A stretch of DNA of 64,000 nucleotides. Origin: Epiperipatus broadwayi (Eukaryota; Animalia; Onychophora). The notes under the pieces were generated by a model. The model made no database searches and was not told the origin of the DNA. It saw nothing but the letters and a program-made list of their open reading frames with translations. Each line of letters begins with the position of its first letter. The stretch's first letter is position 1. Of the stretch, positions 52,660 through 64,000 are shown one piece after another. The DNA lies in NCBI GenBank assembly GCA_028023455.1, contig JAQFVV010000006.1, positions 17,794,001 through 17,858,000 of the forward strand. The letters are read 5' to 3'. The position numbers and the translations under genes were made by a program.

Positions 52660-53850
52660 GTTTACTTTCCGTTATATATAAATAAACACAAAAACTTATA
52701 AGTAAAGTTTAAAAGAGAAGTTATAAATAAATATAATGATAAGCTGAATGTTTTCGAGGATCCATGCCTCATAATCATACCTTTCTTAAAAATATATAAT
52801 AAAATATATGCAAAGATATTTAAATTAGCATGTGTTACGTGGCCCATTTCTTTGATATATCAAAGCAAGAATCTTTTCTATTTATAGCATTAATATTTCC
52901 ATTAATGTAGAATGCTTCTTTTATTTTTCTCTTATGATCATTTGATTCATTGCATAAAATTACAGGATTGTAAGGTGTAAAATTGTGTCCAGATTTCATG
53001 GCATGCTCCAAAAATACAGAAGATATAATGTTGTTCTTCTGAGCTCTATTGTAAGTGTTCACTGAAGAGCAAGTCTATTATTAATAGTAGCTTTAGTGTC
53101 ACTGTAATATACAGCTTGGCATCCATCTTGAGGGCGTGAAATGGAATGTACTACATGTGGGGTGAATGATCGATCAATATGATCTTTTGAGTTGTGGATC
53201 AATCTGTTAGAATTAGGAGGAGTTCCAAATCCTATTTTAAACTTATTGATTAATGCTTTAGTTAGTTTGTTAGATATTTTGGAAATGTAAGGAATGTTAA
53301 ATCTAGGAAGTTGAATACATGGTACAATATTATTTATTTTATTATGGAATTTAATAATTTTATTTTTAATAGATTTAAATTTAAAACCTGCAGTCATTAA
53401 ATCTTTAATAAAATTATTCAGATTTTCTTTTCTGTCTGCTTCATATTTGCAGAGATGCAAATTTCGAAATAAATAATTTAAACCAGCAAATTTCTGTGAT
53501 GCAGGTGAGTTACATTTAGGGTGAATATAGCTTCTAATTTCAAAAGGCTTAATTATCATTTTGTAATCTATCATGTTATTATTTCTTGATAATGAAAGGT
53601 CAAGATATTTGATGTCTTTGTTGTTATTTTCATATACAATGCTAAGTAATAGATTAGATAAATTTTGAAGTTCTTGTCGTATGTTTAAAATATTATCCAT
53701 AGAGGCAATAATAAATATATCATTCACATACTGAATATATGTAAAATCATGGGTGGTATTGTAATATTTTGGTATTATAGAGCTCTCAAATTTATTTAAG
53801 TAGACATTTAGATAAAATGCCACTGACAGGTAAGCCCACTGACCATCCAT
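52660..53850 (-). mobile_element. Penelope-like element 3' half (RT C-terminus, GIY-YIG, and A3-U8 HHR-like end at 52743-52782)
   Basis: ORFs 53059-53850 (YVND, YLDL, IHP, VHSISRP...C.AVYYSDT) and 52835-53062 (KRKIKEAFYI). The 3' end matches 31.7/32.0 kb. Confidence 0.85.
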
Positions 53851-54057
53851 CTTTCATAGTATACCATTTGTTTTCAAAGAGTGTAAAAATGTGCAAATCA
53901 AGCCAAGAAAGAAAAGCAACAATAAATTGAACTCTTTCAATAGGGCAATGTGTTTATTAACATTAATCTATATATTTATTGGAATAATAATCATCATCCT
54001 AAAATTTATTGGAAATAATAGTATTAGATCTGAAAATTTGAATTGTTCTACTATTAT

Positions 54058-54722
54058 TTAATTTTTGCACCAAACATATATTTATTATCATGAATAATTT
54101 GCATAAGAAAAAAATTAGTTTAAACCACTAAAATATTACATGATCATCATTTCGTATCCATGTACAAGCTGTTACAACAATAGCAAACTCTTCATATAAT
54201 AGTGCCACCTAACTTATGTAAATCACTAAAACATCACATGATCACCATTTCCTATGCATATACAAGCTGTTAAATTAATAGCAAACTCTCCATTCAGTAG
54301 TGCCATCTAATTTGTGTAAGCATAGAAAATGGTGATCATGTGATGTTTTAGTGGTTTGGGACTATGGTTATTAAAAAACCAAAAACATCAAAATGGATTG
54401 ATACTGAACTGTGTTCAGATATGTATGATTATACAAACCAATTAGATTGGTTTGAAAAATTATTGTGTTTTCCTTTTAGGTTCATATCTTTATAGTTAAC
54501 TAAATAGCTAAAAGATGGCTGCTAGAGGGTTGGATGACTGGATTCAAAGATCTACATGCAGTGCTCTCAGATCCAAGAGTTCTCACTGAGGAAATCCACA
54601 ACTAAAAACTAGTCTGAATATTGAAAGAATGGGCATTAGTAGGAGTTTTGTGCATAAATCTTTTAGCATTCATTGATTGCACTGTGGTAGCACTACTGTA
54701 TGAAGAGTTTGTTACTATGTTT
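54058..54722. mobile_element. Family A diverged fold-back A6: two tandem ~105-bp minus fragments then one + monomer (decayed HHR near 54585-54625)
   Basis: aaccactaaaacatcacatgatcacc block twice, then gaaaatggtgatcatgtgatgttttagtgg...gtgctctcagatcc...ctgaggaa...aactagtctg. Possible low-complexity TSD aaaaaaatta. Confidence 0.75.
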
Positions 54723-55079
54723 AAAAAAATTAATTGCATGCATGCTCAAAATAATAGCATTTTATGCATTATGTTATAATTAGAAGTCCAAAAGTCACCT
54801 CTGCATAAACACTTAAAAGTGCAACTAAAGTATCACTGAAAAATATAATTGGTAAAAACATAGAAATCTACTACTGATTTTAATCATCATATAAATGATT
54901 TTATGGCTGACAAATAATTTGTGGTTTCTTTTATGGATTAAGAAGGATTTCATGTGAAGAAAATCTAAATTGAATTTAATTACAAAGTCCATGAATTTTG
55001 GCTCCAGATAGCAAATCCTGGAGCCCAACATGATTTTTTGATGTTTACCTCTAACAAGGTATTGTCAATTTGATTTTCC

Positions 55080-56720
55080 CCATGCACAAGTTTGTATGCT
55101 TCCTAATATTTCAGTTTTCTGGTAATAGTATGATTTATGATGTTAATAAATTTCCCCACATTATCCCATAAAGTCCTTGTCCAGTTCAGTTGTATTGGTG
55201 GAGGCCTATTGGTGGTGTTATAGTGTCTTGTTCCATCAGTTTTATATGGCTTTCTTGTAGTCTTCATTGAGAGATGAGTGTAAGAATGGAGTGGAGGGTG
55301 AGACCATTAAATTTTCTGGGTTTTTGTAGCTTCCATAAACTTATAGCTACAGTTTTTTTTACCCTAGAATAGACTCACACATTTCTGAATTTATTTTCTT
55401 AATGAATTTTGGGAGTGGTTAAATCCATTCATGAAGTAGCTGATTTTCGGGAATAGTAATGTGTTAAGCAGTCTGACTTTATCCTTTAATGATAGGTAAA
55501 CTTTTGAAAAAGAGGTTGTGGTTTGTTTGATTGATGTCAACAATGTTTCCTCAATTTCTCTTCTCATTACTGATGGTGATTTGTGGAAATTAAAACCTAA
55601 CAATTTTTGTGGATTGGGTGTGAAGTTTGATTTGGATTTTCTCCCCTGTTAGTATTTTCCATGTTGCAGATTTTTGTCTATTAATTTTCAACTTGTGTTT
55701 CACTGAGTATTGATCTAAGATTAGTTTTAGTTTCTTTATAAATTTGTGGGATGGTAGGCAAATCAGAATATCATCCATGAAGCTAATGTGCTTCGCCTCC
55801 CTTCCAATAGCAAGTATATATACTGCAGGTAACTCCCTTTCGATCTCCAATAGTAATGGATTTATGTATAGAATTGGTTTGAATCCAGGGGGCTACCATA
55901 GATATTTTTATTAAATAAAAGATTGCTGATCATCCTCAAATAGACCCACTGCATCTTGTATTTTTCATAGTTTTGATCAGAAGTGATGCCCTTACATTAT
56001 CAAATGCTGCCACAATATCAATTTGAATTGTGATCGAACACATTTTTCTTCTTGTTCTTATATAATCCACCACAAATTTCATTTGGCTGATGGCATTGAT
56101 GATTGTTTCTTCCTTCTTAGCATATTGGGAGTTTGATATGGGTTCATAGATTCTGTCTTTTTTATCAGTTGCTCAATGACTTTGATTAGGAGGGGGCTCA
56201 TGGAGATGGACCTGAGATTGGAAAATTCTGGTGCTGCATCTCTTTTTTTCATGAAGGGCACAAGGGAGATCAGGTATAAGTTATTGATGTTATGGGTCTC
56301 ATTCCCCAAGTAATCTATCATCCTCTTGATTATAGGTATTGAGAATCTATCTAGATGGAGCAGGACAAACTTCAGTATTCCATGTATTCCTGGATGGACT
56401 CTTTCCAGGAGCACCTTTAGCTTGTCCAGTATTCTTCTCTCTGTAATTTTTTGTGGCTGCTTATTTGATGTAGTTGATCACTGGTTTTGATTGAATTCCT
56501 AAATTAGACATTAGCTGTTTTATTTTATTGTTTGATTCTTCTGCTTTATTTGGTGATATAATTTATTCTTTCTGCAGATAATAAATTAATCCATGATATG
56601 GATTAAAGAATGTTAATGAATGGAGCACTTTCTGAGATTTCATGACTCCACTGTTTTATTTAATTCTATGTCATTTTCTCTTTACATCTTTTCTCTATAA
56701 ATCATTTACTTCTTTTTTTA
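55080..56720 (-). mobile_element. Decayed L1/Tx1-like LINE ORF2 (RT) remnant
   Basis: Fragments LVPFMKK...NLRSISMSPLLIKV, ISFMDDILI and KVRLLNTLLFPKISY in collinear ORFs. Confidence 0.7.
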
Positions 56721-58090
56721 TTTTATATCATACTATAAGAGTAGTGGATTTATGTTTCTCATATAATAATTTAATCTAATCCAAGAATTAGATGATTTGT
56801 TCTAAAGTTAATATAATCAATTATACTTTTTTATAAATAATACTTTTTCATAGCAACTAATTGCAAGTTGGATCATCTATAAAGCCTAGTAGCAGCATAT
56901 TTATTTGAACATTGAAGTCCTGAAATAAAAAATTACCAATCAGTGATAGGCTCTGTTACTGAAGTAAAATGATTATGTGTTCATTAGGTATTTAGTTTGC
57001 AATAAAAAGATGAGCAACATTTTCATTTTAAGTTGCAATGCTTTGTGGGTGTTCTATTTCGATCACTACCCTGTATTATCACTCTTACTCATTGAGACAT
57101 TTTGTTTTAACTATAACGGAGTACTCTGAACTATGGAATAAGTTGTAATAAAATATTGCAATAATTTTTAATAGACAAGAAATAATTACATAATTCACAC
57201 GTAAAATGTAGAATCTGAGTCTTTCTATTTTGAAGTAAACATTTATCCTTTCTGCTACATCTTGGTCTGGTATTTTATTTGGCTTATGAAATACAAAACA
57301 GTTCAACTAGAGAATTCATTGTATATTTAGATGTATTAAGATTTATCTCCAGTAATCATTATTATATTATCTGCATTATCCTGGAAATACAATGGTAGGA
57401 AAATAAGATCAATTGCTTTTTTATCTTACTAGATAGGATGGTATTAAATCTATAATTATAAGGCCCATGTCTTTGGTATAGGAAATCCCAAAATAAATAT
57501 ATGTTCTGAAGTATTGTTTTACAGTAAACATGAGCTCAATTCCATTTACACTGTAAAGATTATCTTAAAATTACTTTAAAAATGTAATCAAATATTTTGT
57601 TGCTTGGATTTTCACATGGTGGTGAAACAAGGCCAGCATTCATGGTCTTTGACCTCCAAAATATGCTACTTTATCACAGTACCAAACTATAATGGGCAAA
57701 AGTATGCTAGAGATATTGTTTTCTGAAAAATCTTAACAAGTTTAAAATGGAATTGAATACAATAATTAGGCAAGATGTGAAAATATTCAGAAAAAAAATT
57801 GCTGCATAAATCATATAAACTGACTCATCTTTGTTTAAAAACTCATTATTAACTTTTGGTTTTTTTGGCCATCCCATATCATAAACATTAGTGGTCATTT
57901 ATAAATTAAATTTTGGTTTGGGGGGTCTTTAAATAGTTCATTTTGTGCATTTTTCACAGCTTCTCAAAGGAGAACTGTGAAAGAGAAAACACTGTTTACA
58001 AATCTTGCCAAATCCTGAGTAATTATAAGTTTTTAAATCTTATATCACTCTTTAACTACAAACAGTTAGATATCCAATTGGATAGTTAAA

Positions 58091-58365
58091 CATTAATAAT
58101 TTTATTAGTCACTCATTAGACTAGAGATTATCTACTTAACTAGAAATATTTTTGTAGTATAATTATCACCACACCACTCTCACACAAAATAGGGACTGCT
58201 TTTTATCCACTTTTAACACCTTATCATCGGGAGTAGTCACAAACATATGACAAAAGACATGAAAAAGATGATCCCTAAGATACACATTTTTTACTGAACC
58301 AGCACTCACCAGCTGGCCCAGATCATGTCTCATACACATATTTTTGTCATTGTTTGGTATATATA

Positions 58366-58409
<44 letters not shown>

Positions 58410-58726
58410 TATAATATATACTGTAATTAGATAGCAAATTAGTACAGTTTAATTGTTATTTGTCAAACTTATTAGGTTGTGAAGGTAACATGTATCAGTT
58501 AAACAATAGTAACTGGATATATATTGTAAAGGTATGTGTAAGCGATTGTGACATGGGCCAACTGATGAGCGCTGATTAAGCACAAAATGTGCATCTTAAG
58601 ATTCATATACCTTTTCATATGTTTTTGGTCATATGTTTATAATTATACCCTTCCATAAAGTATTAAGAGTAGGTAGAAACCAGTTGCTACCTTGCATGAG
58701 AGTGGTGTAGTGAAAATTATAGTGCA
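58091..58726. mobile_element. Family B fold-back with 10-bp TSD (HHR 58273-58320 minus, decayed; 58555-58600 plus) and internal (TA)n
   Basis: gatagttaaa at 58081-58090 and 58727-58736. + motif gggccaa|ctgatga|gcgct-gatta-agcac|aaaa|tgtgcatc. Confidence 0.8.
58358..58420. repeat. (TA)n microsatellite inside the family B insertion
   Basis: Interrupted TA run. Confidence 0.95.
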
Positions 58727-59042
58727 GATAGTTAAATATTCTTTTTTATTTTTGTTTTTCCCTAAAAATAACAAGATATCTATTTGTTAGTTGAATGGGA
58801 ATCTAGAAAAAATGTCCAAAGTTTATTTTAAGGTATCAAACATACTTCATAGATATGACATGCAGGATATTCTAACCACTGCACTGCAAGATTATTTGCT
58901 TATATATTGAACTATATATATATAAACACTTGAATTTTTTTAATTTCTATGTTATTGCTTGTTTGTAATAATCTGTTTCCTAGTTAATCCAATCTGCTTT
59001 TGATCTTACAGCATATGCAGACAGTATATAAATAATGGAATA

Positions 59043-59731
59043 TCTGAAAACCAGGCACTCTTCACAAACCTGGAGCTTTAATTGCAAATATAGGGGATTT
59101 GGACTCAGACTTTCAAGCACCCACCAACTATCCACACTATCTCATACAACTGATACACATGACCACACACATGTAGAAAAGATAATTAATCACCAGTACA
59201 TGTATTTCATGTTAAACCAGCACTCATCAGTTGGTCCAGATTATCATCTCCCACACACATATATAATCAGTGCTCAGTTTATGCTAAGATAGCAAATCTT
59301 CACACTTTAATAGACAGTCTTCAATCTACTCCAACCTCCAACTTTTCAGTCATCCATATCATTTAAAATCTGATGATGGAAATAATGTTGGCATGAGTAT
59401 GGGATTTGGCTTTTCATTATCAGATTTTCAATGCCATGGATGGCTGAAAAATTGGAGGTTGGAGTAGATTGAAGCCTGTCTATTAAAGTATTAAGATTTG
59501 CTATCACAATATAAACTAAGCACTGATTATATATATATATGTGTGTGTGTGTGGGTGGGCGTGGAAGACGATAATCTGGACCAACTGATGAGTGCTGGTT
59601 TAGCATGAAATACATATATTGATAATTATTTATCTTTTCTACATGTATGTGGTCATGTGTATCAGTTGTATGAGATAGTGTGGATAGTTGGTGAGTGCTT
59701 GAAAGTCTGAGTTTAAATCCCCTACATTTAC
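59043..59731. mobile_element. Family B (second subfamily) fold-back with ~290-bp arms and 13-bp TSD (HHR 59192-59235 minus, 59578-59623 plus)
   Basis: aaataatggaata at 59030-59042 and 59732-59744. ggaccaa|ctgatga|gtgct-ggttt-agcat|gaaa|tacatRta. Confidence 0.85.
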
Positions 59732-62700
59732 AAATAATGGAATAGCGTATTGGTCAGGAGGTTATGTGACATTTGAGAATCAGAAGTAATAGCTTATGCT
59801 TTGGTCTAAGCACATCAGCTTTCGAATCCCCCATTACCACTGAGCTTTGAGCTAGGTGATTTCAATATCGTAGTAAAACAGTCTATAATATTATTTTTTT
59901 GACCCGTGTATATTTTTTAATTGAATTTGTGAATTTTCTCATTTGTTTTTAAGTAATATTAAAAGATCTTAGTTTTTATTATCGCATTAATATCTATTAA
60001 TGTGCTTACATATATAATCCTCCAAATATTAAAAATTATTTTTAAAGAATTATAATTTATCAGTAGTAAATTATCTACCATATTTAGTTCTGATATTTAA
60101 GATAGTACAAATGTTCTATTAAAATTCAAATCAAATACTGTATAGATTCGATTTATTTAAAACGCAATATTATAGTGATTAAATTACGTAAAGAGTTTGA
60201 ATTTTAATAAATTGTATAGTTCAGTCAACAAATTCCGTGTACCTTTAAACCTAACATTACTCATGTCGATTAATATAAATTAGTTGTTAAATCTAGTTTT
60301 TTGTGGCCAGTTTTTTCCCCCATCTTTCACTAAAACTTTAAACTGAGAAGTATTGATTCTGAATTTATATTTTATTAAAACCAACGTCCGGAGTAAGTGA
60401 GTTGTTAATAGTCTTATGGGATTTTTTTCTATTCTTAAAACAGAATACAAGCTTTGATATTTGGTCGTTAAGCAATTACAGTTCAATATAACTTTTCTCT
60501 ATTGATTGTTAATAAGTTTGCTCTTTTTTAGTTAATATTTTATAATCTATCTCTTTATTTACATACATATGAGATTTTTACTTTAAGTATATCAAATAAT
60601 TCATTTATATATTATTTCCTAGGAATTTGTAAATGGAAAAAAATAATATATATATATATAGATAAAGTTCCATTAATCCAACAACTCAAATTCAAAAACT
60701 TCTAATATCAGCAAAATAACAAAGTACTGTTTTGATTTATTGTTTTGCTATATAAAATGTTGTCCTGAGATAAATATAAGTATTATGTATTAATCTAAAT
60801 GAATAGATTATCATTAGTATTAAAGTCTTTTCAAAATTAGATACACCTTAATTAATATGAAAAAAAGATACAAATTAGATATAGTTACAATAATTTAACT
60901 CTCTATGGATACATATGGTCAATTATACTGTTATCAATTTTCAAATGTCATAATTTTATGTTGCTTTTCAAATTGTAGACACATCCATCTCAGTATTTTA
61001 CAAAATGTGTCTCTGTTTTACAAAAATTAAATTAGTTTGAATTTATTTTACATAGTCTAAGTTTTATACTACTTTTATGATGTTTACCAATATCATATTG
61101 TATTTTCTTATTTAATTTTTTTTTTTGTGATCTATTGTTGTTTTTTTTTCTATTTTTTTTATATAAATATTATATTTTTTGTATGTTATTTCTTACAATA
61201 ATAAGGATCAAATTTATTTTATTATAATACCATATTATAATTTTTTTAAAAGAATGCATTCTGTCTAACTCAGTTACCAGGCCACTGTATTTCTTTTTGT
61301 GTATGATATCACTGTGTAAAGTTTTCATACTAGTATTTAGCATTGAAAAACCTGAAATAATTACAGATTATATTATTGACTAATGGCTTTTTTTTTCAGA
61401 TATTAAATATTTCAACTGTCAACTCACCCATTTTGTATAAAAAAAATTTAAACAGTCAAAGAAAGCTCAAAGCTTGGATTTTTTAAAAGCATTAGCAAAA
61501 TTGCTTACAAATCCACCTTAGATGAAAGGTTTATACCATATTTTGATAAACAAGATTCTAAGTAATTATTTTTATTTATTTTACTTCTTTTAAATGCACA
61601 TTTGAAACTGTAATTATACCATAAAATAATACTTTTCTAATGAGTATCATTTTACACTGTGGACTTTTTACATTACAAAATTTCATGTAGTTATTGTGGG
61701 TTAATAATCTTATTGTAAGTTACAATTATAATTCTACCCAGTAATTAATATATAACATAAAAATCAATATCATTATGTACACATTTACCCAAAAGTTTAT
61801 TAAATAATAAGGCATATGATGACCTCTTATATTCTAAGATTACTACTTCCATGGTTTTTAGCTTCCTACCTTGAAGCAAGGTCCACAGAATTGCTCCATA
61901 CAGTATTGTAGTCCACTTTAGATAACTGATTACTCAATGTAGTAGTAATTCAACTGCATTCTTCTAGATCAGAATACCTATATAAATATATATATTTAAA
62001 TACAAGTATATTGTCTATACTGAACTTAATGTAATTAAAAGGTATACATATGCCATTATATTATTTTGGAATTTAAAAATAATGGGGAAAATAATCTTAA
62101 ATAAAATCATTTATTAAAAACTAAAAGCCAAAATTAAAAAGAGTTATGTTTAACATTTATATATAGCACAGATGAAAAACTTTAAAAGTATATTTTTTAA
62201 ATTTAAAAAAAAAAGTATTTGAACGTACTTTTTTATAAAAAAAAAAGTAAAGATCTAAAGATAAAATATTTTTGTTAAAAAGTAACATAAATGAAAATAG
62301 AAATAAATGTTAATTTTTATTTTATGATTCCTATGTAATCTCAGTAAATGGAAATGATTGTTTTATTAATTAAATGAAAAGTAAACTAGCCCTTGGGGCT
62401 CTTATATAATTAAAAAGTCAGATAGAAGATACAGATAAAAATTAAAGATTGTTTCCTGCTCTGAAGCAGAATGTCCAATAGAAACAGCAATCAATGCTCG
62501 GACCCTAATGTTCAGTGAATAGGAACAGGAAACCATGTTCAGTGAATTCGGAGGATTAGGATAAAAAGAAAAAAATTTCCAATCAAAGTTAGTTTCAGCT
62601 TGATTTTTGAGGATGTGGGTGACAAGACACACTTTTCACCCTCTTACTAATTTCAAATGAAGAAGTGACTGTTGAAATATGAATCATACTATTGTAGACC

Positions 62701-64000
62701 CTAAATCATATGGGTCCTACAATAAAATAGTTCCAGGATTGAACCAGCTAAGGCAGCCTCCAGATTGATAACTATGGTATGAACAACAGACTGGTCTTCC
62801 ATAAAAGTATGACTAATAAAAACTTCACAGGAATTGGCACAAAAAACTGGGAGCTCCTCTACTGTAAAGTATGAACTATAACATTTTGAAAAGTAATTAA
62901 GATATTTTGTCAATATTTAACAAGCTTTTAATAACCAGCTAAACATAATTTTTTAAATGAACTTTTATCTGACTTATTAAGATTTCAAAATCAGCTATTA
63001 ATGTTTAATTTTATATATTTGAGTTTGCTAATTTAATTAAATCATTTCTATTTTCTTTATTAATATTTATTGTCTAAATTATTTAAATGTATTAAATTTA
63101 AGTTGGGTGTAGATGGCTGCATAGATTCGTTAACATTTATATTAATTATTTCTTAGGATTTTCATATGCATAAAATACATTTATATCGATAAATATGTCA
63201 CCTCATACTGAGTGTCTAAATGTATTTACCCTTATAGCTTTTATGTTATTGTCAATGTGGTACCTTATGATGAGTGCCATTGGGTTTTACTTTATTGAAA
63301 TTTTTTTTTAAGCAATTGAATTAATAACATCATATTTATCATTTATGTTAGTTTAAAGAGTTTGATTTCAGACTGTTTGTCTCATAGTTAAGTCAATGCT
63401 AGTAGAAAGATATATGGATGTTTATATTAATGCAATGTGAAGCTTGTTAGCATACATGCATTGTCCAATGGAATGCATGACCCCAAAGATGTAGTCATTG
63501 CATTGCAATGTACGCAGATGTATTTCCTGAGACATTGATTTCTCTTAGCTATATGGATAGGGCTATAAGTTGGAAAAAGTTCTGCTCTCCCCCATATGTA
63601 GAAATTCTCATTAAATATTTTATATACATGATCCCTTCACCAGACAGACACACATTCCTGTTCTGTACGAGGATCATTTCCTTTAAATAATATCATGCTG
63701 CAGATGCACATTCCTGTCAGTATGATTTTGTGCTATCATATTCATATTGCATTGATTGCATATGTATATCAGAAAGGAAGCGTTGATTTGGTTACAAACT
63801 TTTAGTCTGAGATTGAATGTTTGTTTTGAAAAGTTTTAATTGCCGAATCTATGTAGCATATCTATACTCAACAGTATAAAACAAACTTTTATCCATCTGT
63901 GTGGACTTTCTAAAATAATAATTTAAATATAAAAATAATAACAAATTTAAGATTAATTTATTCCTCAATTTTAAATATTATATATGCGTCAATAAAAAAT

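Noticed and set aside
52660-53850. Naiad/Chlamys-type PLE (N-terminal endonuclease)
   Set aside because: The GIY-YIG region lies downstream of RT in the copies here.
57960-58018. Possible 59-nt exon (ttttcacag ... gtaatt)
   Set aside because: Plausible splice sites but no partner exons or recognisable peptide. Such sites arise by chance in AT-rich DNA.
62400-62920. More GC-rich coding-like stretch with two short minus-strand ORFs
   Set aside because: All frames are interrupted or unrecognisable. It may be a decayed transposase but cannot be assigned.

Overview
Very AT-rich animal (invertebrate-like) genomic DNA; the species cannot be determined from the sequence. The only recognisable host gene is the 3' end of an AUTS2/FBRSL1/tay-family gene on the + strand (54-nt exon 1879-1932, terminal coding exon 6914-7928). 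The remaining ~55 kb has no recognisable gene and is full of decayed mobile DNA: Penelope-like elements (PLEs; RT plus C-terminal GIY-YIG), RTE, L1/Tx1-like and other LINE remnants, an internally deleted Chapaev3-type transposon and a TA-TSD MITE pair. The main observation is a set of at least four unrelated repeat families carrying minimal type I hammerhead ribozyme (HHR) motifs. (A) A non-coding, head-to-tail permuted ~450-nt retrozyme-like monomer at 6 loci, plus 2 diverged relatives. (B) A non-coding ~325-365-nt monomer that includes a tandem array at 47.1-48.3 kb. (C) A tRNA-like Pol III head fused to an HHR, forming the 3' end of a PLE. (P1) PLE 3' ends whose HHR core has A3-U8 in place of the canonical C3-G8 pair, with covarying stems. 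About a dozen of these insertions are fold-backs with the same polarity (3' ends outward), and several carry 10-13 bp target-site duplications. All of this was read by eye. Ribozyme activity, circular RNA formation and novelty are untested, and boundaries of decayed elements are approximate.
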